Source: Bacteroidales bacterium (GTDB lineage Bacteria > Bacteroidota > Bacteroidia > Bacteroidales > Bacteroidaceae). From it: a stretch of 64,000 bases of DNA. Position numbers and translations under genes: made by a program. How positions within the stretch are numbered: position 1 is the stretch's first letter; each line of letters starts with the position of its first letter. Below are positions 1 to 8,825 of this stretch, in pieces. The notes beneath the pieces are model-generated. The model worked only from the letters and a program-made list of their open reading frames with translations. It was not told the DNA's origin and searched no databases. The stretch lies in contig SFCY01000001.1 of the NCBI GenBank assembly GCA_004558865.1, positions 801 to 64,800 on the forward strand. Reading direction: 5' to 3'.

Positions 1-20
1 AAGGTAAAATCGTTAACGAT

Positions 21-740
21 ATGAGATATGCCATTATAGCAGCAGGCGAAGGAAGCCGACTGGCCCAAGAGGGAATAGTTGCGCCCAAGCCTTTGGTGAA
101 GATACAGGATGAAACTCTCATCGACAGGCTCATCCGTATCTTTATGGCCAATGGTGGCGAGGAGATTGACGTGATCTGCAATGGCCTCACCCAGCTTGTG
201 GCCCACCATTTGGAGAGGATCCAGCAGCAAGGGCTTGGAGGCAAGGCCGTGTCTCTGAAGTGGATCCAGAAGACTACGCCAAGCTCGATGCACAGTTTTT
301 ACGAACTCAGCCATGTCATGGGCAATGGGCCTTTCGTTCTGACCACTGTCGACACCATCTTCAGACCGCAGGAGTTCACGACATACATGGCGGCTTTCGG
401 GCAGGCATTGGGCGAGGGTTATGATGGACTGATGGGGGTCACTGACTATGTTGACGATGAGAAGCCCCTCTATGTGGGAACGGACGATGGCATGAACATC
501 ACGGGCTTCTACGACACGACCAACCCGCCTTGCAAATATATCTCTGGTGGCATCTATGGGCTGACGCCGCGCGCCCTGCAGACGCTGGGCAGATGCATAG
601 AGCGCGGCGAGAGCCGGATGCGCAACTTCCAGCGTGCCCTCGTCAGCGAGGGGCTGAGGCTGAAGGCTTTCTGCTTTTCCAAGGTGCTCGATATCGACCA
701 CAAGAGCGACATACAAAAGGCGGAGGACTTCCTGAAATGA
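21..740 (+). CDS. NTP transferase (sugar/polyol-phosphate nucleotidyltransferase)
   Basis: N-terminal IIAAGEGSRL...PKPL nucleotidyltransferase signature; C-terminal DID motif. Confidence 0.85.
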   Translation: MRYAIIAAGEGSRLAQEGIVAPKPLVKIQDETLIDRLIRIFMANGGEEIDVICNGLTQLVAHHLERIQQQGLGGKAVSLKWIQKTTPSSMHSFYELSHVMGNGPFVLTTVDTIFRPQEFTTYMAAFGQALGEGYDGLMGVTDYVDDEKPLYVGTDDGMNITGFYDTTNPPCKYISGGIYGLTPRALQTLGRCIERGESRMRNFQRALVSEGLRLKAFCFSKVLDIDHKSDIQKAEDFLK

Positions 741-1525
741 GGGCGATGGGTGTAAGGCGCGACAATGTGTTCTCGCCCAACTCGGTGGAGAAAGACCGCG
801 CCATACTGCTGGCGGTTCTTCGCATCCTTGCCGACAGAGGCTGGGACACGGTGCTCGTCGACGAGCTGCAGCTGTGTGCGGACGACAGGGCCGACTGCTA
901 TCTTTCAATGGCCCGCAGCCCACAAGCGCTCAGCGTGTTGGGTGGGCTGGAGCGCGAAGGCCGCCGGATGTTCAACCAGCCCGAGGGCGTGGCCAACTGC
1001 CAACGGAGCAGACTGGACACTATTATGCGACAGAACCGCATACCAATGCCTCCCAAGGAAAGCGCCCATGGCTGGTGGCTCAAGCGTGGCGATGCCGCAG
1101 CGCAGACTAAGGCCGATGTGGTGTTCTGCCCTGACAGCGAGGCCCTCGCCGCAGCCCGGCGCGACTTCCTTCGGCGGGGCATCACCGACTTTGTGGTTAG
1201 CGCGCATGTCGTGGGCGACCTCGTGAAGTTCTATGGGGTCAGCAATGGCTTCTTCCGCTACTTCTATCCCACAGACGACGGCCAGTCTAAGTTTGGCGAC
1301 GAGAGGCGCAACGGCATGGCCCACCACTATCCCTTCAGCAGAGAGAGCCTGCAGGCCGACGTGGAGCGTCTGTCCCACCTTGCGGGAGTGGACGTTTATG
1401 GCGGCGACGCCATCGTTGATGAGTACGGCCATTATTTTATCATTGATTTCAACGATTGGCCCAGCTTCTCCCGCTGTAGGGAGGAGGCAGCCGGGGCCAT
1501 CGCACAACTGGCACAACAAAAATGA
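737..1525 (+). CDS. ATP-grasp fold protein, ITPK1-like C-terminal motifs
   Basis: ATG at 737 overlaps the upstream stop (ATGA); motifs WWLKRG, VVGDLVKFYGV, YGGDAIV...IIDFNDWPSF. Confidence 0.7.
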   Translation: MRAMGVRRDNVFSPNSVEKDRAILLAVLRILADRGWDTVLVDELQLCADDRADCYLSMARSPQALSVLGGLEREGRRMFNQPEGVANCQRSRLDTIMRQNRIPMPPKESAHGWWLKRGDAAAQTKADVVFCPDSEALAAARRDFLRRGITDFVVSAHVVGDLVKFYGVSNGFFRYFYPTDDGQSKFGDERRNGMAHHYPFSRESLQADVERLSHLAGVDVYGGDAIVDEYGHYFIIDFNDWPSFSRCREEAAGAIAQLAQQK

Positions 1526-2463
1526 GCAAAAAGAGTTTCAAGCAACTCCTTAGAGAATCCTTCAAATCCAACGATACCGAAGAGTGGCTCGACGTGCATT
1601 TCACGCGGCCCGTCGGACTTGTGTTTGCCTTGGCGTGGAACCGCCTGGGCATCCATCCCAACGTCATCACAATCGTGTCCATCTTCTTGGGTCTGGCGGC
1701 CGGATGGTTCTTCCATTATGCCGACCTTGGCCACAACGTGGCAGCCATTCTACTGTTGATGTTGGCCAACTTCTGCGATTCCACCGACGGACAGATGGCT
1801 CGCCTGAGCAACAAGAAGACGCTCCTTGGCCGCGCCCTCGACGGATTCTCGGGCGATGTGTGGTTTGTGGCCATTTATGCCGCCATTGCTTACCGCCTGA
1901 TGGACCAGATTCTGCCGGGGCTCGACATCAAGTGGGGATGGTTCAGTTGGGTGCTGTGTATCGTGGCCGGACTGATGTGCCATTCGCCCCAAAGCTCTCT
2001 GGCCGACTACTATCGGCAGATTCACCTCTACTTCCTGAAAGGCAAGGAGGGCAGCGAGCTTGACAATTCCATCGACGAGCAGGCCAAGCACGATGCCTTG
2101 CCCAAGAGCGACTGGTTCGGCCGGTTGTTTTATGGCAACTATGCCAAGTATTGCCGCAGCCAAGAGAAGCGCACGCCGCAATTTCAGCGTTTCTTCAAGT
2201 TGTGGTCGTCGGGCACCGGCTCCGTCGAGACCCGCAGCAGGGTGAGGGAGCAACTGCTGGCCAAGAGCCGTCCGTTGATGCCCTACACGAATATCCTGAC
2301 ATTCAACACACGTGCCATCGTACTCTATCTCTCGGCGCTGGTCGACCAGGTGTGGATATATCCGCTCTTTGAGATAGTAGTCATGACGGTGCTTTATCTT
2401 TATATGCACAAGACCCACGAGATGGCATGTGGGCAACTCTCCAAACAACTCGTCAACCAATGA
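1522..2463 (+). CDS. CDP-alcohol phosphatidyltransferase family protein
   Basis: HPNVIT and DSTDGQMAR...GRALDGFSGD match the DxxDGxxAR...GxxxDxxxD motif; hydrophobic segments. Confidence 0.9.
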   Translation: MSKKSFKQLLRESFKSNDTEEWLDVHFTRPVGLVFALAWNRLGIHPNVITIVSIFLGLAAGWFFHYADLGHNVAAILLLMLANFCDSTDGQMARLSNKKTLLGRALDGFSGDVWFVAIYAAIAYRLMDQILPGLDIKWGWFSWVLCIVAGLMCHSPQSSLADYYRQIHLYFLKGKEGSELDNSIDEQAKHDALPKSDWFGRLFYGNYAKYCRSQEKRTPQFQRFFKLWSSGTGSVETRSRVREQLLAKSRPLMPYTNILTFNTRAIVLYLSALVDQVWIYPLFEIVVMTVLYLYMHKTHEMACGQLSKQLVNQ

Positions 2464-3209
2464 TGAACTCCAAAACGACATTGCAGCCTGAGGCGCTGCG
2501 CAGCGACTGGCAAATTAAGGGCTATATCTTCGACTACGGCGGAACACTCGATACCAACGGCAACCATTGGGGCAAAGTGATCTGGCATGCCTATGAGCGG
2601 CAGAATATGCCTGTGGCAGAGAGCGACTTCCGCGAGTCTTACGTCTATGCAGAGCGCAAGCTTGGACGTGAGCCCATCATCAAACCCGACTTCACGTTCA
2701 GAAAGACGCTTGCCACAAAACTGCGGATAGAGTTGGGCTATTTGGTAGAGAAAGGCTATTGGAACGTGAGCGACTTTGAGCTGGAACACAGTCTGACGCT
2801 GCTGCTCAACGACCTTTATGGCCAAGTGATGGCCACCACGGCCCACAGCCGCGAAGTGCTGCTGCGGCTGAGGGAGCGTGGGCCGATGGTTTTGGTGAGC
2901 AATTTTTATGGCAACATCGCACGGGTGCTTGAGGAGTTTCAGCTCGACGGCATCTTCGGCCGCATCGTCGAGTCGGCAGTGGTGGGCGTGCGCAAGCCCA
3001 ATCCCGTCATCTTCACGCTTGGAGTGGAGGCCTTGGGCATGGAGCCAGGCGAGACGCTCGTGGTGGGCGACAGCTTCAAGAAAGACATCCTGCCGGCCAA
3101 GGAGGCTGGATGCCACACTGTATGGTTCAAGGGGGAGGAATGGACGGATGAGACTTTCGACGAGTCTGTTCCCGACAGGATAATCACCAACCTGGACCAG
3201 CTGCTCTGA
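2460..3209 (+). CDS. HAD-superfamily hydrolase/phosphatase
   Basis: Motif I FDYGGTL, motif II VSN, motif III KP, motif IV VGDSFKKDI; ATGA overlap with the previous gene. Confidence 0.88.
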   Translation: MMNSKTTLQPEALRSDWQIKGYIFDYGGTLDTNGNHWGKVIWHAYERQNMPVAESDFRESYVYAERKLGREPIIKPDFTFRKTLATKLRIELGYLVEKGYWNVSDFELEHSLTLLLNDLYGQVMATTAHSREVLLRLRERGPMVLVSNFYGNIARVLEEFQLDGIFGRIVESAVVGVRKPNPVIFTLGVEALGMEPGETLVVGDSFKKDILPAKEAGCHTVWFKGEEWTDETFDESVPDRIITNLDQLL

Positions 3210-3410
3210 TGAGTAGGGAGGAGGAATGTTTTAGGGTTGGGAGTTGTATGAGGAATTGTAAGGTAGGAAGCTTCCGCCATGTTGCATGGTATGGGCTTAT
3301 TGCGTTGGGAGGCTTCCATGATGTTTAATGAGGATATGTATTTTTAATTTAGGGAACTTCCATACAGTCAAGCGATGGGAGTTCGCGGGAACCGTTCAAA
3401 ATGATGAATT

Positions 3411-6026
3411 ATGAAATATAAATTTATATTAAGCCTTCTGATGCTGGTGCTGGCCGCAGGGTCCGCGTCGGCCCAGAAGATAGAGGGCTATGTGATTGAC
3501 GCCCAGACCAAGGACACGCTGATGTTTCCCAGCGCTTCCTACAAGGGCAACCATGTGGCCGTGAGCGGCAATGCCCTTGGCTACTATTCCATAGCGCGCC
3601 ACGAGGGTTGGTATCTCACATTCTCGGCCGTGGGCTACGAGTCGCGCCGGATTCTCATTAAGAAGAACACGCCAAGCCGGCTCGACGTGAAGCTGCGCCC
3701 TGTGAGCCGCCAGCTCAGTGAGGTGAAGATCACTGCCCATAAAGGAAAATACTCGCGAAAGGACAATCCTGCGGTGGAACTGATGAAGCGTGTGATTGCG
3801 GCCAAGAAGCAGACCGACCTGCGCAACCACGACTTTCTGCAATACGACAAATACCAGAAGCTGACCTTGGCCGTGAACGACATCCAGCCCGGCGACCTCG
3901 ACACGGGATTCTTCGCCAAGAAACCTTGGCTGAAGGACCAGATTGAGCGCAGCTCGTACAACAACAAGCTCATCCTACCGCTGTCGTTAGACGAGACGGT
4001 CACGAAGTTTGTATACAGGAAAAACCCGAAGACGGAGAAGAGCATCATCCTCGGCCAGAACTCCACGGGCGTGAACCAGATGATAGAGACAGGCGACATT
4101 CTCAATGTGGCACTGAAAGACGTCTTCACCGACGTGGACATCTATGAGGACTATGTGCGTCTGCTGCAGTATCCCTTCCCGAGTCCCATTGGCAAGACCG
4201 CCATCAGCTTCTACCATTATTATATAGAGGACACGGTGTATGTGGACAACGACCTCTGTTACCACTTGCAGTTCATCCCGGCCAACATTCAGGACTTTGG
4301 ATTCCGTGGCGAACTGTATGTGCTGGCCGACTCGTCGCTCCACGTGAAGCGGTGCGACATGACCATTCCCAAGCGAAGCGACGTCAACTTTGTTGACAAC
4401 CTGCAAATCTCCCAGCAGTATACCAAGTTGCCCAACGGTGAATGGGTGCTCACAAGCGATGACATGATTGTGGAGATGTCGGTGGCCAAGTTCTTGGCCA
4501 AGTCCCTCGTGACCCGGGTGACTCGGCTGAGCGACTACTCCTTCGACCCCATACAGGCCCAGCTCTTCAAGGGCAAGGCCAAGACCAAGCGCGAGGCCAA
4601 TGCCATGATGCGCGACGAGGCTTTCTGGAACCAATATCGCACGGTGGAACTTACCAAGGGCGAGAGCGGCATGAACGCCTTCATCCATCGCATAGAACAG
4701 TTGAAAGGTTTCAAATATGTGATATTCTGCGCCAAGGCTCTCATCGAGAATTTCGTTGAGACAAGCAGTGGGTCGCATCCCAGCAAGGTGGACATCGGCC
4801 CCATGAACACGATTCTGACCAAGAATTTCATCGACGGATACCGCACGCGCATCAGTGCCCAGACCACGGCCAACCTCAACAAGCATTGGTTTCTCTCGGG
4901 CTACTATGCCCATGGGTGGGACTCGAAGAAGAATTATTATAAGGCGGACCTGACCTACTCGTTCAACAAGAAAGACTATCTGCCGCGCGAGTTCCCGAAG
5001 CGCACGTTGAGCTTCACGTCGACCTACGATGTCGCCTCGCCGTCAGACAAGTTCCTCCATACCGACAAGGATAACGTGTTCACGGCATTCAAGTGGGCCA
5101 CAGTCGATAAGATGATGTTCTACAACCGCCAGCAGCTCAAGTTTGAGTGGGAAGACGAATGGGGGCTCAACTACACCGTGGCCATGAAGACCGAGAGCAA
5201 CGAGGCCGCCGGGCGAATGGGATTCCAGCGCCTGTCCGACATCGCCGCTGGCCAGCCCTCCCTCACGGAGCAGCTCTCCAAGCTGAGTTCTGATGCTGCC
5301 GGCGACTTCCTCCACAACGGCAAGATACGCACCACGGAGCTGAGTATGCAGCTGCAGTTGGCTCCCGGACGAACCTATATCAACACCAAGCAGCGCCGTC
5401 TGCCCATCAACCTCGACGCGCCGGTGTTCACCATTGGCCACACCATGGGATTCAAGGGATTCCTTGGTGGCGAATACAACTACAACCTCACGGAGGCAAG
5501 CATCTACAAACGCTTCTGGATGGGGTCGTGGGGCAAGATAGACGCTTCTGTCAAGGCGGGCGCGCAGTGGAACAAGGTGCCTTATCCGCTGCTCATCATG
5601 CCGGCCGCCAACTTGAGCTACATCGTGGAGGACGAGACGTTCAACCTCGTCAACAACATGGAGTTCCTCAACGACCGCTACCTCAGCGCCGACGTGAGCT
5701 GGGATCTGAACGGCAAGATCTTCAACCGCATTCCATTGCTGAAGCGTCTGAAGTGGAGGGAATACTTGGGCGTGAAGATGCTTTGGGGCAAACTGACCGA
5801 CAAGAACAATCCCTTCTTGGCCAAGAACCAGGGCAGCGACGTGCTGATGGAGTTCCCGGAGGGGTGCAACGTGATGGACCCCAACAAGCCCTATTTCGAG
5901 ATTGTGGCCGGCATACACAATATCTTCAAATTGCTGCACGTGGAGTATGTGCGCCGCCTCAACTACAACGAACTGCCCACCGCACATAAGCAGGGAGTCC
6001 GCTTTATGGTGAGGTTCACCTTCTAA
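3411..6026 (+). CDS. Outer-membrane protein with carboxypeptidase-like regulatory domain and DUF5686-type barrel
   Basis: Signal peptide, IEGYVIDAQT...FSAVGY N-domain, C-terminal aromatic residue (VRFTF). Confidence 0.75.
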   Translation: MKYKFILSLLMLVLAAGSASAQKIEGYVIDAQTKDTLMFPSASYKGNHVAVSGNALGYYSIARHEGWYLTFSAVGYESRRILIKKNTPSRLDVKLRPVSRQLSEVKITAHKGKYSRKDNPAVELMKRVIAAKKQTDLRNHDFLQYDKYQKLTLAVNDIQPGDLDTGFFAKKPWLKDQIERSSYNNKLILPLSLDETVTKFVYRKNPKTEKSIILGQNSTGVNQMIETGDILNVALKDVFTDVDIYEDYVRLLQYPFPSPIGKTAISFYHYYIEDTVYVDNDLCYHLQFIPANIQDFGFRGELYVLADSSLHVKRCDMTIPKRSDVNFVDNLQISQQYTKLPNGEWVLTSDDMIVEMSVAKFLAKSLVTRVTRLSDYSFDPIQAQLFKGKAKTKREANAMMRDEAFWNQYRTVELTKGESGMNAFIHRIEQLKGFKYVIFCAKALIENFVETSSGSHPSKVDIGPMNTILTKNFIDGYRTRISAQTTANLNKHWFLSGYYAHGWDSKKNYYKADLTYSFNKKDYLPREFPKRTLSFTSTYDVASPSDKFLHTDKDNVFTAFKWATVDKMMFYNRQQLKFEWEDEWGLNYTVAMKTESNEAAGRMGFQRLSDIAAGQPSLTEQLSKLSSDAAGDFLHNGKIRTTELSMQLQLAPGRTYINTKQRRLPINLDAPVFTIGHTMGFKGFLGGEYNYNLTEASIYKRFWMGSWGKIDASVKAGAQWNKVPYPLLIMPAANLSYIVEDETFNLVNNMEFLNDRYLSADVSWDLNGKIFNRIPLLKRLKWREYLGVKMLWGKLTDKNNPFLAKNQGSDVLMEFPEGCNVMDPNKPYFEIVAGIHNIFKLLHVEYVRRLNYNELPTAHKQGVRFMVRFTF

Positions 6027-6107
6027 CCCTGCACCCTCCAATCGGGAATGCCCGAAAGTGAAAGCCTCCTCTGGTTGGGATATGCCCATCCAGTGGAGGC
6101 TTTCTTT

Positions 6108-6812
6108 CTATTTGATGCCCACGTCCACCCTGACGTGTTCGAATCCCATGCTGTGGAGGATGTTCGAGAGCTGCAGCTTGGCGTTCTCCTCCGCCGATTT
6201 GATGTTGTCGGGAGTCATGCAGCGGCTGTACATCTGGTTGTAGGCTTTTTGGTACATAGCCTCGCGGTCGGCCTGGTTCCAGTCGCCCTCTTCGTAGAAC
6301 GATTTGGTCCGGGCCTCATCAATGAAGTCATTGTCGAGAAGCTTGATGGGCGGCAGGGTGGCCACCACGGTATCCTTGTCCATGGTCAGCCAGCCGCTGT
6401 GTACCTCATGCATGTTCACGCCAAGCCGCAGAGTGCCGTAGTAGATGCGCACCAAGCGGTCGTCGCCAAAGAATCCGTGGCTCACCGTGTCGACAAGCTC
6501 TTCGTCGGCGATGGACAGGAACTCCCATTCCCCAATGTCCTCTATCGAGGTGATTTGGGTGGGCGAGAGTGTGACTTTGCTCGCCTTTTCCATTTCAGCA
6601 TGGCTGTCGTTGATGGTGAGGCGAGCCACAATCACCACTGCCGCAATCAGCACGGCTGTGGCTGCGGCCACGGTCAAAGTGACTCGCAGGTGGTTGACGG
6701 TTGCCCCCGTGAGGCTCTTCAGCAGCTTTTCCATCGGTGTGGGGTGGTTGCTTGGGTTGAATCCCTTGCCGTCTTCTGATTTGGGAGTGGAGTGGGAGTT
6801 ATCTGCCTTCAT
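6108..6812 (-). CDS. DUF4230-like membrane-anchored protein
   Basis: Single N-terminal TM segment; YYGTLRLGVNM...LPPIKLL pattern. Confidence 0.65.
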   Translation of the reverse strand: MKADNSHSTPKSEDGKGFNPSNHPTPMEKLLKSLTGATVNHLRVTLTVAAATAVLIAAVVIVARLTINDSHAEMEKASKVTLSPTQITSIEDIGEWEFLSIADEELVDTVSHGFFGDDRLVRIYYGTLRLGVNMHEVHSGWLTMDKDTVVATLPPIKLLDNDFIDEARTKSFYEEGDWNQADREAMYQKAYNQMYSRCMTPDNIKSAEENAKLQLSNILHSMGFEHVRVDVGIK

Positions 6813-7464
6813 GTTGTGTCATTTGTTTGATTTCGTCCAACGTATATTCCTGTTTCCTGAAAGTCACCGTCACGTTCTTCTCCTCATAGCCTAAAGCCGT
6901 ACACATGGGTATGATGATTCTTGCGGCACTGGCTCTCGACTGTTCGATGATGCGCAGCTGGGGAATGTCTGCCATCATCGCCTCGCGCCCCTGGCGCTCG
7001 ATGGCGGTGAGTTCCTTGTCGGTGTATTTGCTGCGCAGCAGAGCCACATACGACGACATGTCCTTGTGGTCAATCTTCGTGCTCGTCACGACCAATTGCG
7101 GATCGGGCAACACGATTTGAATCTTCTTGCCGTTGCGGTGGATGTTCTCCTCCGTCACCTTGCCCATGTCCACGTAGGCCTTCACAGTGGCGTCCATGGG
7201 GATGGCCACCTGTCGGGAACTGAAAGGCAGATCAACGGAGAACTTCTTGTTGAGAAAACTCCCGTTGATTTTCTTCACGTCGTTCTGTGTCACAATCTTG
7301 TGGATGTGGCATTCGGCCGTGTAGAGCCGGGAGTCTTTCTGTATCTGGCTCACCAGCACGGGTATGGTGTCTATCTCGGGCTGCTTAGCCTCTTCTTTGC
7401 CACTCTTCGAGCAGGAGGCCAAGGCCGCAATGATGACAAGGAGTAAGAGTTTGAAATTACGCAT
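6799..7464 (-). CDS. DUF4230-like lipoprotein
   Basis: Lipobox ALASC; ATVKAYVDM...LPDPQL pattern; ATG at 7464 follows a TAACTTTG element. Confidence 0.65.
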   Translation of the reverse strand: MRNFKLLLLVIIAALASCSKSGKEEAKQPEIDTIPVLVSQIQKDSRLYTAECHIHKIVTQNDVKKINGSFLNKKFSVDLPFSSRQVAIPMDATVKAYVDMGKVTEENIHRNGKKIQIVLPDPQLVVTSTKIDHKDMSSYVALLRSKYTDKELTAIERQGREAMMADIPQLRIIEQSRASAARIIIPMCTALGYEEKNVTVTFRKQEYTLDEIKQMTQHEGR

Positions 7465-7491
7465 GGCTGCTTCGTTTGGTTGTATGCTTCG

Positions 7492-7499
7492 CAAAGTTA
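7492..7499 (-). promoter_or_regulatory. Bacteroidetes -7 promoter element (TAACTTTG)
   Basis: TAnnTTTG consensus about 28 nt upstream of ATG 7464. Confidence 0.6.
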
Positions 7500-7684
7500 C
7501 TAAAAATATGCCAAAATCGTCACCTCCATGAAGAAATCTTTCTTCATTCAGATGGACATGAAAGAATGGCGCTTGGCTTGGCCCTTCCCAATAAGAGCCC
7601 AGGTTGTGGGAGTTGGGGCGGTGCTTTGCCGTTGTTCTGTGGAAAATCTAACGCCGTATGCTGTGCTGTTATGGATTTTTTTAT

Positions 7685-7692
7685 TATCTTTG
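7685..7692 (+). promoter_or_regulatory. Bacteroidetes -7 promoter element (TATCTTTG)
   Basis: TAnnTTTG consensus upstream of ATG 7709. Confidence 0.6.
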
Positions 7693-7708
7693 CGCCAAAT
7701 ACAATAGA

Positions 7709-8284
7709 ATGATGAGAACTTACACGACAACATTCTTCATGGCTTTTTGTGTGGGGCTGCTGCTTACATCATGCAAGAAGAAGCAGGACGACACAACCAT
7801 CATCATCCATAAGACGGAAGTGAGGAAACCTCAGAGTACGGCAAAGGTGGGCGACCAGACCAGAAACTATGACTTTCAGTGGCTGGGTGCCAACTATAAG
7901 GCTGTGGTGGAGCGCAAGGCCGACGCCTCTCTGCCTGTGGCCACCGATGATGAGGGAGTGAAATACTATGACAACCGAATCTGCGTGAGGATTCTGCGTG
8001 CCGACGGTAGCGTGTTCTTTGAGCGTGTCTTTTCAAAGGAAGACTTCGCTGCCAACCTCGATGAGCATACGAAGAAGAACGGTGTGCTCTACAGCATGAT
8101 TTACTCCAAGGCGGAGGGCGACAACGTGGAGCTGAAAGCCAGTGTGGGTTCGCCCAACCAGATGAGCAGTGACGACTATATCACGCTTACGGTGAGGATT
8201 TCCCGAACGGGTGCTTGGAGCGTCACGAAAGATTTGCAGCTCGATACCGAGAGCGATGGCACCGAGGGTGACATGGGTGACTAA
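7709..8284 (+). CDS. Lipoprotein (DUF4738-like)
   Basis: Lipobox LLTSC followed by KKK; YYDNRI...F.K..F and ASVGSP...D motifs. Confidence 0.65.
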   Translation: MMRTYTTTFFMAFCVGLLLTSCKKKQDDTTIIIHKTEVRKPQSTAKVGDQTRNYDFQWLGANYKAVVERKADASLPVATDDEGVKYYDNRICVRILRADGSVFFERVFSKEDFAANLDEHTKKNGVLYSMIYSKAEGDNVELKASVGSPNQMSSDDYITLTVRISRTGAWSVTKDLQLDTESDGTEGDMGD

Positions 8285-8307
8285 TCAAAAATGATGATAT
8301 ATCCGAC

Positions 8308-8694
8308 ATGAAACTGATGACTATGCTACAGGCGTATCCCTTTGATGAGCTGATGCCTGTTATTAATGAGATGTTCCCCGGAACAGCAAAGTATAAGGAG
8401 CAGTTGCGCCAAGGCTATGATTTGATGCTTGCCATGCGGCCTGTGCCTTCCAAGAAATCCATTCGATATGAGGTGATGCGTACACCGAACAGCGACCTGG
8501 GCTATATGGGGGCTCAAGACAGTTGCTTCACCACAACTTGGGAGGTGTGTCTGGGCAAGGAGGTGATGCGCGGCAAGGGCGTGGACCTTAGCGACATCGA
8601 GATGGTCAGCAACAGCTTTGTCAATATGTGCCTGCAAGGCCGTTATCCGAAAGAGTTTGAACAGGCTCATAGGATTTTGATGCAGAACGACTGA
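8308..8694 (+). CDS. Hypothetical protein
   Basis: 128-aa ORF with ATG after an AT-rich leader, co-oriented with the upstream gene. Confidence 0.65.
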   Translation: MKLMTMLQAYPFDELMPVINEMFPGTAKYKEQLRQGYDLMLAMRPVPSKKSIRYEVMRTPNSDLGYMGAQDSCFTTTWEVCLGKEVMRGKGVDLSDIEMVSNSFVNMCLQGRYPKEFEQAHRILMQND

Positions 8695-8825
8695 CGGCTT
8701 GGCAATAGGGTAGGCGGAGACCATGAAAGCCTCTCTTGGCTTTTACTCCCGCCATGGAGGATAGGCAACGGTTTCCTAATCGTTTCCTAACCAACCGTTG
8801 AGGTGGAGTGGCAGCTGTTCATTTA

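Noticed and set aside
530..736. Upstream extension of the ATP-grasp ORF
   Set aside because: Overlaps the NTP transferase; the ATGA-coupled start at 737 is more plausible
3210..3410. Intergenic hairpins upstream of the DUF5686-type gene as a riboswitch
   Set aside because: Only short stems, with no recognisable aptamer consensus
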